A stretch of 64,000 bases of DNA from a virus. Positions within the stretch are counted from its first letter, which is position 1. Each line of letters starts with the position of its first letter. Below the pieces are notes generated by a model. The model was not told the origin of the DNA, made no database searches, and worked only from the letters and a program-made list of their open reading frames with translations. Of the stretch, positions 36,491 through 46,176 are shown one piece after another. The DNA lies in the IMG/VR virus record IMGVR_UViG_3300014501_000016, positions 2,892 through 66,891 of that record, one strand, 5' to 3'. The position numbers were made by a program, and so were the translations under genes.

Positions 36491-39232
36491 ATGCGCGCAA
36501 CTCTCCAGGGCATTCTTCGCGGCTTGGCATTCTTGCTGTTCGTGTGCCCGATGGCGCGCGCGACTACCTTTAACGTCAATGGCTCCCAGACTCAATCGAC
36601 TATCCAGGGGGTCATCAGTGCGGCTTCCCCGGGGGATACTATATCGTTCGCGTCCGGAACTTATACCCTAAGTTCGTCCCTTACCCTTAAGTGCGGCATT
36701 ACCTACACCGGGCCAGTGACCACCCCTGCTACCGCAAAAATTACTACGAGCACAGCAAACATATCGCTGCTTCAGATGTATGGAGGGTGTTCATCGGGAA
36801 CGACAACGATTGAGTACCTGCAGCTTGATGGGGCAGGAGCGATATTTTTTGATACAAGCGGTTATACCAACGTCAATTTTCTGCACAATCAAACTACCTC
36901 TGTCCCCTACAATCCTAGCGCTTATGGCGCCACCTCATCGCTGTTCCTTAGTGGAAACATAACTAATATCGACGCAAACTTCACGATCGAGTACAACACT
37001 TTTGGTGACGCCAACTCATGCACAGCAGCGCTCAGTGTGGATGACGGTACTTGCGCGGGAGTCATCACCGGCAATGTCGGACATCTCCGCAACTTCACCA
37101 TGAAGTACAACACCTTCTACCATCTTGGCGAGGGTGTCCATATGGAGCAAGTGGACTATGTTCCGGGTGCTCAACCCATTGGCGACTGTAACAATTGCGA
37201 CATCGAATTTAACTTTTTCAACCAAATAGTCAGGATTTGGATGGAGATACAAATCGGCGTTGAAGATGGCGGCAACCCGATGATCACAAGCAATAACGTG
37301 TTCATGAACCCCTACCAGGGAGGTGTTCCCTGGAGTGGGATGGCGCTATCTGCGCCATGCTGTCAATCTTCTGGCCCCACTACCCATCCGACTAATACGA
37401 TTCCATCGAACTTAATCCAAAACAATCTGTTTATAAACTCGCTGAGCACGTCTTTTGCTACACCTAACGGCATAGAAATGTCCGGGTCGGGAACGCAGGC
37501 CACCAATAATTTGATTCAAGGATTTTTTTGTACCGGAGTGGTGTGGTCGACCAATAGTCACAGTTGGGCCATCTCCAACAATACGATCACGGGACAAATG
37601 ATGGCTTCTGGGTCTGCCTGCTACAGTTTTGGAGGCAGCCAGTTCACGACCAGCGAGTGCACTGGCTGCACCGCGCCGATTATGGCGGGAAACGTAACCG
37701 GGTCAACGTCATCAGCTATTACCAGCGTCGCTCCCACCTCCATCTCTCCAGCGGCTGGAAGCTACGCCTTCCCGCTTGCGGTGACGCTCACCGATCCCGG
37801 CTATACTTCGGGCGCCATACCATTAGGCAATACTGGCATCTGGTACACCACAGACGGATCTACGCCAGTTCCGGGATCGGGGACAGCTAAATATCTCGCA
37901 AGTGGCGGCAGTTTCATCTTGCCCTCTGCGGCAACGGTCAAGGCGGTAGGCATGTGGGGGAGTGCCAATCAGCCTACGAGTTATCCCGGCGGATACGGGT
38001 TCGTTCCAAGCTCGGTGGTGAGCGCTGCCTATTCGGCCTCCGGAGGAGTCTTGACCCTTACCGGCATTACGCTCGGCGCCCCATCGACGGCGCTGATTGC
38101 TGGCGGCGCGGCCGAGCAGGGCACCCTCATCTGCCATTATTCCGATAGCTCGAGCGATGATTGCACGAACACCGATGCGCATGGATTCGGGCCGGGCACA
38201 TTCGCCAGCTCGTTGGCGTCCGTCGCCACAATATCTTCCACGGCATTGATAACTCCGCTGGTCGCCGGCACAACCAACTTGACCGCAACGCTGGGCGTCC
38301 TCACTTCTACCTTGCCCATATCGGTAAGTAGTGGTGCATCTCCATTTTTGGGAAACAACCAGGAAAATTTCGCCGGGTTCACCTCTGCCAACTTTTTCAA
38401 CAGCGTTTATGCCATCAGTCCGCCCTATGCGACCACGGTCGGCAATTGTCATTTCTTCCTGCCGACAGGCACCATCACTTTGGGCGCTCACTACGATTGC
38501 CTGATCATCACAGCGCCGACTGCCACGACGGAAGCATCGGCGCTCACCTGTCACGCAACCTATACGACCACCAGCACCAGCGCGCCGAACGCGTTTGTTA
38601 GCTTGCCGATCACGGGTTGCGGGACGATTGCGGCCTCTACTCCCTATTGGGTAGCCACCAACACCAACGATTCGAGCGGGCCTAATTTTGGATTTTGGAA
38701 TTGTGGCGGAAGCTGCGGGGCGACCGCTCCGACCACCTATGGCACAGGCACCTATTCGAGTTATTGGGTGGCCATCAATTACGGCACATATACCGGATTG
38801 CCCAGCTCGCTCTCCGCGAACACCTACCAGGTCTCGCAATATGTCGACCTGATGCCCACCGCGCCGACGCTGGTCAGTGGATATCAGGACAATACGCTGT
38901 CGATCAACAAGATCGTTCTAGGCTCCGGCTATCAGCAGCATGCCTATTGCGTCTACAGCGACGGCGTTATCTACCCCTGCGATACCACCGACGCACGCGG
39001 GAACGCGGTGACGGCCTGGACGGAGGACAGCGGCGGCGTGATCCTCGCGATCGGTGCCGTGGGCAGCGGGAGCCCTGGCCTTATCACCGCGACAGGATAT
39101 GGCCAGACGAATACTCATTGCACGCTGACGGGTTCCGTTTCCTGTGCTGAATACACCTGGACCGTGACAAACCAACCGGCGACGAGCTCGGTAATACAGG
39201 GCGCGAACCTTCACGGCAGCAACGTTAACTAA
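36491..39232 (+). CDS. Signal-peptide protein: parallel beta-helix plus CHB_HEX_C and Big_2-like Ig domains
   Basis: MRATLQGILRGLAFLLFVCPMARA|T; TIQGVISAASPGDTISFASGTY; repeated IEYNTF/ITSNNVF rungs; IWYTTDGSTP; ASVATISSTALITPLVAGTTNLTAT. Confidence 0.75.
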   Translation: MRATLQGILRGLAFLLFVCPMARATTFNVNGSQTQSTIQGVISAASPGDTISFASGTYTLSSSLTLKCGITYTGPVTTPATAKITTSTANISLLQMYGGCSSGTTTIEYLQLDGAGAIFFDTSGYTNVNFLHNQTTSVPYNPSAYGATSSLFLSGNITNIDANFTIEYNTFGDANSCTAALSVDDGTCAGVITGNVGHLRNFTMKYNTFYHLGEGVHMEQVDYVPGAQPIGDCNNCDIEFNFFNQIVRIWMEIQIGVEDGGNPMITSNNVFMNPYQGGVPWSGMALSAPCCQSSGPTTHPTNTIPSNLIQNNLFINSLSTSFATPNGIEMSGSGTQATNNLIQGFFCTGVVWSTNSHSWAISNNTITGQMMASGSACYSFGGSQFTTSECTGCTAPIMAGNVTGSTSSAITSVAPTSISPAAGSYAFPLAVTLTDPGYTSGAIPLGNTGIWYTTDGSTPVPGSGTAKYLASGGSFILPSAATVKAVGMWGSANQPTSYPGGYGFVPSSVVSAAYSASGGVLTLTGITLGAPSTALIAGGAAEQGTLICHYSDSSSDDCTNTDAHGFGPGTFASSLASVATISSTALITPLVAGTTNLTATLGVLTSTLPISVSSGASPFLGNNQENFAGFTSANFFNSVYAISPPYATTVGNCHFFLPTGTITLGAHYDCLIITAPTATTEASALTCHATYTTTSTSAPNAFVSLPITGCGTIAASTPYWVATNTNDSSGPNFGFWNCGGSCGATAPTTYGTGTYSSYWVAINYGTYTGLPSSLSANTYQVSQYVDLMPTAPTLVSGYQDNTLSINKIVLGSGYQQHAYCVYSDGVIYPCDTTDARGNAVTAWTEDSGGVILAIGAVGSGSPGLITATGYGQTNTHCTLTGSVSCAEYTWTVTNQPATSSVIQGANLHGSNVN

Positions 39233-39250
39233 AAGAGAACGAGGCCGGAA

Positions 39251-39595
39251 ATGGTGCGCGTAAAAACGGGGCAAGATGGAAAGGCAATAGGCACCTGGAA
39301 GCCTGGCGATCCGCCCCCGGTAAGCCAGGACGACAGTCTGCCTCAGATGCCGAATTGGATCATCGGCATCCTGCTCGATTCACCTGACGAGATCGTTCAC
39401 GCCGCGGCCTTGCGCTATCAGGTGGCTGAGCCGCATCGTCACATATCGCGCGAGGACCCGCTCTTCTCCGGCACATGGCTGGTGCTCGAAAAGGACTACA
39501 CCGGGCGAGGGTGCGTGTATCTGTTTCACCCGCCCGAGGCCGAGATTAAAGCGAAAGCGTGGGCCAAACTAAAGAACGAATTACTGGATTTGTGA
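39251..39595 (+). CDS. Hypothetical protein (paralog A)
   Basis: EDPLFSGTW...YTGRGCVYLFH motif. Confidence 0.6.
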   Translation: MVRVKTGQDGKAIGTWKPGDPPPVSQDDSLPQMPNWIIGILLDSPDEIVHAAALRYQVAEPHRHISREDPLFSGTWLVLEKDYTGRGCVYLFHPPEAEIKAKAWAKLKNELLDL

Positions 39596-39601
39596 TGCGC
39601 C

Positions 39602-39877
39602 ATGACCAAGCGCAATCCGCAACGCAAAGGCGATGCGCGGGGACTGTGGAAGCTGGTGCAGCCGGAACCGCCCACGGAGATTCCGGGCCCCGTTATGTTC
39701 AATCTACCTCGCATGCGTTATCGCGCCCTCGAAGACCCATTCTTCCTCGGCACATATAAGGCCGAACCAGTTAGCTATACGGGGAGAGGCATCGTCTACC
39801 TGTTTCACGGCAGGGGCGCGCGACAGAAAGCTCAGGCGAAGGCGGCGGAGATCAATCAGAGGGACGGGTTCGTGTGA
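39602..39877 (+). CDS. Hypothetical protein (paralog B)
   Basis: EDPFFLGTY...YTGRGIVYLFH motif. Confidence 0.6.
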   Translation: MTKRNPQRKGDARGLWKLVQPEPPTEIPGPVMFNLPRMRYRALEDPFFLGTYKAEPVSYTGRGIVYLFHGRGARQKAQAKAAEINQRDGFV

Positions 39878-40205
39878 GATGAAGCCCCGCGAAAACTTGC
39901 CGCCAGGAATACGGGGCCTATCCTGCGCGGGTCAATCTGAGCCGGTGTCTGAATAGCATTGCATATTGGGAGGATTAATAAGCTCAGTAGAGTGGCTCCG
40001 CGAATAACCCGCTGGGCAAGGCTGAACAAAGCTGTCGTCTCTTGTGTACGTGGTCTGACATGCGCTATAGGCTGCGCAATCTGGCACGAACGAGACTTTA
40101 ATCGGCACCCGAGAGAACACAAAGTACTCCTTGGAAGGCTCGATTGTTTTGTCAATTGGATCACCTCCCTTCCGGAAAATCGATCTTACGGCAAAAGGAT
40201 AACTC

Positions 40206-40646
40206 ATGAGGCGACATCCGGATTGGGCAACGCGCCTCGATGTATACATTGCAGCGAACGCATCCATGCCGTTCAGCTATGAGCGCGCGAACGGATTGGA
40301 TTGCTGCACGTTCGCGTTCGGGGCTATCCATGCCATGACCGGCATCGCGATAGGCGCCCAGTTTGTGGGCATCTACAGCACGAAACGTGAATCACTCATC
40401 GCAATGCGGAGTTACTGCGGGAGCCCATCGCTTCGCATGGCGATCGCGAAGTTGATGACTGAAAACAAGTTTGGGCGCCGTCCTCCGCTTTTTGCGCAAC
40501 GTGGCGATGCGGTTCTCGTGCCGAACGGTCCGGCAGGAGAATTCTTTGGCGTGGTTGACCTCAATGGACGAGACGTATTAGGTATCGGCGACCGTGGCAT
40601 ACGCCGCGTCCCAATAAGCATTGAATGCCGTGCCTGGCGCATTTAG
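40206..40646 (+). CDS. Tail-associated NlpC/P60-like protein (DUF6950/gpK-like)
   Basis: DWATRL.....PFSY...DCCTFA..AI.AMTG...AQRGDAVL...AWRI. Confidence 0.8.
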   Translation: MRRHPDWATRLDVYIAANASMPFSYERANGLDCCTFAFGAIHAMTGIAIGAQFVGIYSTKRESLIAMRSYCGSPSLRMAIAKLMTENKFGRRPPLFAQRGDAVLVPNGPAGEFFGVVDLNGRDVLGIGDRGIRRVPISIECRAWRI

Positions 40647-40781
40647 CAGCGGGCCGGATTCGATACCGGCTTATCTGGCGAAGGAGAAAACCCGGTGATG
40701 TTGTCTAGCTCGTCGGCTGGGTCGCCACTCCCTGCCGCAATCCGTCCGGATCTGCGTGTCACTTACTTCTCGGATTTGCGC

Positions 40782-41324
40782 GGAGACCCCGCGACCGCAC
40801 CACGCCGCCACTGCAAAAGCGATTATCGCATGGAGGATTTCATGAACACAGAACAGCGTCTCAGCCGTGACGAATGGGGTAGGCACCAATGTTTCCTGGC
40901 TGAGTGGCATGACCCGGTCGGCGCCAGCAGCGTTTGCCTGTTCTCGAACCTGGACGCGGCTATCTTCTTTGTGGTATCCGGCATCGGGCCGTACGTCGAT
41001 TGGGACCGCTTCCCTGATCCGATGAAGACTTATCCCTATGAGGATCGGGACGGCACCCGCGACTTCACTCCCGCGTTCCGCATCGAGCAGACTATCCAGC
41101 GCAGTCCGCAAGGTTCCGAATGGCAAAACGACAAGAAGATCAGAGGCGCGGTCACGAAGATGACCATTGCGGATGACTGGACCGTGGGCAATGGGATCGC
41201 GGAATCGAGCAAGCGGTATTTCGCTGCTGCTACGGGACGGGACGAGGTTCATTTGCGTGGCGAAGGGGATCGGCTCTGCGCGGAAGCCGGTCGTGTCCAC
41301 CATGCGACCGCAGGCACCATCTAA
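40782..41324 (+). CDS. Hypothetical protein
   Basis: GGAGG RBS before ATG 40782. Confidence 0.55.
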   Translation, partial: GDPATAPRRHCKSDYRMEDFMNTEQRLSRDEWGRHQCFLAEWHDPVGASSVCLFSNLDAAIFFVVSGIGPYVDWDRFPDPMKTYPYEDRDGTRDFTPAFRIEQTIQRSPQGSEWQNDKKIRGAVTKMTIADDWTVGNGIAESSKRYFAAATGRDEVHLRGEGDRLCAEAGRVHHATAGTI

Positions 41325-41494
41325 TGCTCGAATGGATCAGTGATCGCATCACGCTTTGGCTGATGTGCAAGCGAATAGACTTCCGCGTTGAACATGCGCA
41401 GGTTCCATTCACGCCGCTCGACGTGCAGCGTCTCGCAGCCCTTAGGAAAAAGTTCCCTAACTGCGCGAAGCTCTGGTTTGCGGGGCGCGAGTAA

Positions 41495-44400
41495 ATGTCG
41501 AAGGTCATAGAGCAGGTTGGAATCGGTGCAGGCTTAATCGCGCTCAGTGTCTTTGTTCCCGGCGGATTCCTGGCTGCGGGCGGGCTGCTGTCTGCGGTCG
41601 GCGGCATGGCAAGTATTCTTGCAAGCGCCGGCGCAGGCATGGTGTTGAGCGGAGTCGGCACACTGCTTGGCCAAAGGGCCAGCGGCATCAGCACGACCAG
41701 CCGGAATCCGATCATGCCATGGCAGTGCTGCTATGGCAGAAAAAAGGTCGGCGGCACCATCGTCTACCTCGAGGAAACGGCCACCCACAACCGGATTATC
41801 ACATTCGTCATCGTGGTCGCCTGCCATCCAATCGACGGGATAGAAGAGGTCTGGTTTAACAATCGCAAGCTCCCATTGCAGCCCTACACCCAGTTTGGCG
41901 ACGCGTCGAATCCAAATGGATTCCTTCAAAGCTGGGTCCCCCCACAGGGCAACTGGGTAATCGAGACCATCTCTCGCATAAACGATGTCGTCTCGGTCAC
42001 GTTCGCGCAAAACCCAAATTCCCAGTATCTGCAGTTTAATGGCGAAACCTTACACATCCACGGGACCATTGACGCGGCTGGAGGCAGCACGTTCGAGGGG
42101 TACTATCCCGTGGTGCAGACCGGGCCCGCGGCCTTCACCTACACCGCTGGCGGCCCACCGGGCGCGGGCGTGCCCGGCACCGGCCAGATTACGACCACCT
42201 GGCCCGCATATCCCACCGCCAATGTGGTCGTGGGCTATTACACCGGAAATCAGACCGCTGCGAGCGGCATAGTCATGGGCAACACGGCAGGGTACTGGAC
42301 CTCGCAGTGCCTACTCACCGGCCGCGCTTACGTGGTCCTCAAACTCAACTATGACGCGAACGTTTACACCGGGCTGCCCGAATTCTCATTTGTGATCCGC
42401 GGCAAGAATGATATCTATGATCCGCGGACCGGCCAGAAGAGTTACACGAATAACGCCGCGCTCTGCATAGCCGACTTTCTCGCGCACCCGCTTTGGGGAT
42501 ACAACGATTATTACGAATCCGGACCACAGCCTCAGCCAGGCGAGGTCAAGCGGTTCATGATCCCCGATGCCGAGCTGATCTCCGCGGCTAACATCTGCGA
42601 CGAGCAAGTGCAACTGTTCTCAGGGGCTTCAGAGAACCGCTACAGTTGCGACGGAGCATGGGACGTCTCCGTATTGCGCGCGGAAGTGCTTCAGAACCTG
42701 CTCACGAGTTGCGGTGGTCGCCTGGTCGAAATCGGCGGACAACACTTCATCTATCCGGCCGCGTGGATCTCCCCATCGGGCGCGATCACGATTGGCAATG
42801 GCACGACGGGACCGCTGATGATGATGAACTCGTTTGGGCTGGTCGCCGAATATTTCAATAATCCGGTCGCTGCCTACATTCCCGATTGCGCCGGGTCGAC
42901 CGAATCCCAGTTCGTTTATGCGTTGGGCCTGCTCAATGCCTATCAGGCGGTCGGGAACTCGAATGCGAAGGCGCTCGCCCAACTGATCCTCTCCGCGGTC
43001 GTGCCTTTTCTGTTCCGGGGCATGCAACCGCCGGCGCAGGTCACGGCCACGAATATCTGGTCGCCAAACTCCTATTTCGATGTCAAACAGCCATTCCTTG
43101 ACTATGCCGGCAACACTATCAGCGTCACTCAGGACTTTGCGAGCACGATCGAGGGCGGCTGGCGGACGCTGGTCGGCGCCGAGATCCAGACCAGTTGCGA
43201 TGCCTACAACTGGGCGATGCGCTTGTTCGCGGCCGCGGCGCTGATCTTTGACGGGGCGACGGACGTTCCTTCAATCGATCTAGGCTACGGCCTCAGTCCT
43301 TACGGGCAGAGTTATGGCGACCCGGAAACGCCTGGCACCACGATCAACAGCGGCTGGCTCGTCATGTTGACCGCGATTCGACAGATGGCGCGCATCGCCT
43401 ACAATGTTCCGTCCTCCGGAGCCTATCAGGGCGGCATGATCCCGTTCGTCGTCTCGTTCCTGGGGACGCCGGCGCCAGCGCTCAATACCTGGCTGGGCCC
43501 GGCTTACGTCGGTTATCAGTCGCCGTGGGCAGTCAACCAGGTGAACCCTTTCGGGGTCGCAAATGCGATCGAGTTCATCGCCGAATCACAGGCCACGCTC
43601 GCAGTTCAGGGCACGATTGCCGACACCGTGACCTTCACGGTCACCGGGGCGAACCCGAAGACGTTAGCTGTCCCGATTGCGATCAAGCCGGACGGCACGT
43701 CTTCGGCTCAATTCAGCTATGCCGGGCTGAACGTCGGAACCGACACCATCGTGGGCACGCTCCCGTCCCATTCCCTGACCTCGAATGCCGGCCAGGTCGC
43801 CTGGAGTGCCTACGCGGCCCCTATAGCCGTTTTTGGCGTCCAGGTCGCGGTGATGAGTGCGGATGGGTCAGGACTCTTCAACGGCCTCAGCGCGGTACTG
43901 TCCACCACGCCTGTGCAGGGGTTAATGTTCAACTCCCATCCGCAGTCAATCTTTCCGGGAGACCCCCACCAGTCCGGCAACCAGGCCAACCCATTCGTCT
44001 CGAACGCGGTATCGACCACGGGCACCTATGCGGGCGACACCCCGATTCCGAATACCGGCGGCAGATTCAACGCGGTGATCACCGGCTTTATGACGATTGA
44101 GACGGCCGGCCCGCAGACCTTCACGGTCTACGTTAACAGCGCCTTCGTGATCGGCTTCAATGGCGGCGTTACCTATGTGGCCGGATTCAGAAACCTTGGC
44201 GCGCTCTCTGGCGGCACGCCCACCTTGGGATTCCCGGCGCTCGCGGGGTTCAATAATGCGGGCGACTTCCCTGGCGCGAATTGGGCGGTGGTTAGCTTCA
44301 CCCTGAACTTCCCGAACCCTGGCATATACCAGTTCGAAATCCCCTACGCCTCGGGGCTATTCTCTGAGCGGCAATTTGCCATGCTGAGCGGCACCGGCAC

Positions 44401-45841
44401 CGTCATTCCGAATGTGGGCATCATTACCGGCGGCGGATCCACTACGGCCACGGGCACGGCACCGAGCGGCCAGTTGCAGTTGACGCCCTACAGCGGCGGT
44501 TATGCGATCGGGCAGACCGCGAGCTTTATTCTCCAGCTCACCGGCATCACCTACACCGCGCCGATCGAGGGACCGTTCATCCCGTCCTACCAATATCAGG
44601 TTCCCGTTGGCGCGCAAACGTGGGGGCCCGTCGGCGTCTTCGGCTATTTTGGCCCGGATCCTAACTTTAGCGCCGGCTATTACCAGTACCGTCCCCTGGC
44701 CGAACTCTGCGACTTGATTGCGGGCGCGATCGGGACGGAGCCATGGTATGCGTCGTCCTATGCCCAGGCGGTGAACGTCAAGAACTCGTTCCTGTCATGG
44801 CTGAATACTATCTGGGCCACGTCGGCGACCGGGCCGCCGAATTTCTTCCCGCAGACCGGCCCGCAGACCACCGCGGTCGACATGCATTGCGCGGCGCTGA
44901 TCCTCTATTCGGTTCTGACCCTCGACCTGGGATTGCGTCCGACCGGTGCTGGCGGCGCGGCTGCGATGGATGCTACCGGTTACGCGCTCATGAACAAGGT
45001 TTACGACCTTCTCTTCAATACCTATTTGCCGACCGGTCCCATGGCCGGGACATTCTGCCTTGACCCGACCGGTGCGCAAGACTGGTCCCCGATCTGGTCG
45101 GGTGAACTGTTGCGTGCGCTTTCTCTTCTGGTGACTTGGGCGACCGCCAATGGACAATCGGTGCAGCACGATTATGCCGTGATTTGGATTGATGGCCTGA
45201 TCGATTTCGGGCTCAACAATGTGGTCCCGGTGGACCGGGACCTGGGCTACACGGTGAACGATATAACTCCGCCAGTTGTTTGGCGTGCCACGCGGCAGAG
45301 GATGGGCTTGTTCAATGGGATCAAAGGGACGTACATCTCCGAAGCGAACCAGTGGCAACAGAGCGACATTCCGCCGTACGCTCAAGACACCCTGCACGGC
45401 TACACCAACGGCACCGCCGCCCATGATAACGACGCAAACTGGGACGCGGACGGCGAGCGTCTATGGAAGGACATACAGCTCCCATTCACCACCTCAGTGT
45501 CCATGGCTCAGCGACTAGAAAAAATAGAACTGCTGCGCGTCCGGCAACAGGGGACCGGAAACGTTAGCGGCATGATGTGGACCTACGAGTCGGCGCCGCT
45601 GGATACGCAATACTTCTCGTTCGCGCCGTTTGGCTGGCTGAATAAGATATTGGAGATCGCGAATTGCCGACTGGTGCCGGGCACTAGCCAGAACGAGCAG
45701 GGGATCGAGGTGCCGACGTTCACGATTCAACTTGACATACAGGAGGCCGCCGCCAGTGTCTATGAATGGGACGTCGATGAGGAGCTTACGAATTCTGGAT
45801 ATTCTCAGGTTCCTGGCTTGCAGAACGTCGCGCCTGATTAG
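41495..45841 (+). CDS. Tail tip/host-specificity protein J-like, with large internal insertion
   Basis: N-terminal hydrophobic stretch, YGRKKVGG, GRAYVVLKL, IRGKN.IYDPR..NNAALCIADFL, AANICDE; C-terminal FNGIKGTY...DGERLWKDIQLPFTTS...AQRL. Confidence 0.9.
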   Translation: MSKVIEQVGIGAGLIALSVFVPGGFLAAGGLLSAVGGMASILASAGAGMVLSGVGTLLGQRASGISTTSRNPIMPWQCCYGRKKVGGTIVYLEETATHNRIITFVIVVACHPIDGIEEVWFNNRKLPLQPYTQFGDASNPNGFLQSWVPPQGNWVIETISRINDVVSVTFAQNPNSQYLQFNGETLHIHGTIDAAGGSTFEGYYPVVQTGPAAFTYTAGGPPGAGVPGTGQITTTWPAYPTANVVVGYYTGNQTAASGIVMGNTAGYWTSQCLLTGRAYVVLKLNYDANVYTGLPEFSFVIRGKNDIYDPRTGQKSYTNNAALCIADFLAHPLWGYNDYYESGPQPQPGEVKRFMIPDAELISAANICDEQVQLFSGASENRYSCDGAWDVSVLRAEVLQNLLTSCGGRLVEIGGQHFIYPAAWISPSGAITIGNGTTGPLMMMNSFGLVAEYFNNPVAAYIPDCAGSTESQFVYALGLLNAYQAVGNSNAKALAQLILSAVVPFLFRGMQPPAQVTATNIWSPNSYFDVKQPFLDYAGNTISVTQDFASTIEGGWRTLVGAEIQTSCDAYNWAMRLFAAAALIFDGATDVPSIDLGYGLSPYGQSYGDPETPGTTINSGWLVMLTAIRQMARIAYNVPSSGAYQGGMIPFVVSFLGTPAPALNTWLGPAYVGYQSPWAVNQVNPFGVANAIEFIAESQATLAVQGTIADTVTFTVTGANPKTLAVPIAIKPDGTSSAQFSYAGLNVGTDTIVGTLPSHSLTSNAGQVAWSAYAAPIAVFGVQVAVMSADGSGLFNGLSAVLSTTPVQGLMFNSHPQSIFPGDPHQSGNQANPFVSNAVSTTGTYAGDTPIPNTGGRFNAVITGFMTIETAGPQTFTVYVNSAFVIGFNGGVTYVAGFRNLGALSGGTPTLGFPALAGFNNAGDFPGANWAVVSFTLNFPNPGIYQFEIPYASGLFSERQFAMLSGTGTVIPNVGIITGGGSTTATGTAPSGQLQLTPYSGGYAIGQTASFILQLTGITYTAPIEGPFIPSYQYQVPVGAQTWGPVGVFGYFGPDPNFSAGYYQYRPLAELCDLIAGAIGTEPWYASSYAQAVNVKNSFLSWLNTIWATSATGPPNFFPQTGPQTTAVDMHCAALILYSVLTLDLGLRPTGAGGAAAMDATGYALMNKVYDLLFNTYLPTGPMAGTFCLDPTGAQDWSPIWSGELLRALSLLVTWATANGQSVQHDYAVIWIDGLIDFGLNNVVPVDRDLGYTVNDITPPVVWRATRQRMGLFNGIKGTYISEANQWQQSDIPPYAQDTLHGYTNGTAAHDNDANWDADGERLWKDIQLPFTTSVSMAQRLEKIELLRVRQQGTGNVSGMMWTYESAPLDTQYFSFAPFGWLNKILEIANCRLVPGTSQNEQGIEVPTFTIQLDIQEAAASVYEWDVDEELTNSGYSQVPGLQNVAPD

Positions 45842-46158
45842 GGGTGCGCCGGTGGTCCCCATTGGCGATCTGATTTGTTCACGCCATCGAGGGACGGCCG
45901 CAAATCTATTTCATGCTCGCTGATGGCGTAGTTAGTCGAGTCTTCGCCCGCGCTAGCCGCATGCGCGTTTATATAGTCCTTCGCGGCGGATTCAGTTGAA
46001 AAGACAGCGATCACCTCTGATTCCTCGTAGTCATACCACCATGTGACGACAAAGGCTTTTTCCTCTGGATACTTTTCGCATGCCCAGATTGCGAACTTGA
46101 ATGCGAAGCACCCAAGAATGAATCCGAGAATTACACCCGCGAAAAACACGATCGTCAT
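45838..46158 (-). CDS. Membrane-anchored moron protein
   Basis: N-terminal TM (IVFFAGVILGFILGCFAF); VIAVFSTESAAKDYI; TATCCT 7 nt upstream of ATG. Confidence 0.55.
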   Translation of the reverse strand: MTIVFFAGVILGFILGCFAFKFAIWACEKYPEEKAFVVTWWYDYEESEVIAVFSTESAAKDYINAHAASAGEDSTNYAISEHEIDLRPSLDGVNKSDRQWGPPAHP

Positions 46159-46176
46159 AGCCGAAAGGATACACCC

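Noticed and set aside
37823-38839. 338-aa antisense ORF and similar long shadow ORFs (17414-18205, 34902-35759, 44795-45424)
   Set aside because: Arg-rich, motif-free shadows of well-supported genes in GC-rich DNA
39856-40267. Antisense ORFs between paralog pair and NlpC/P60
   Set aside because: Several competing short frames with no motif or convincing start; cannot choose one
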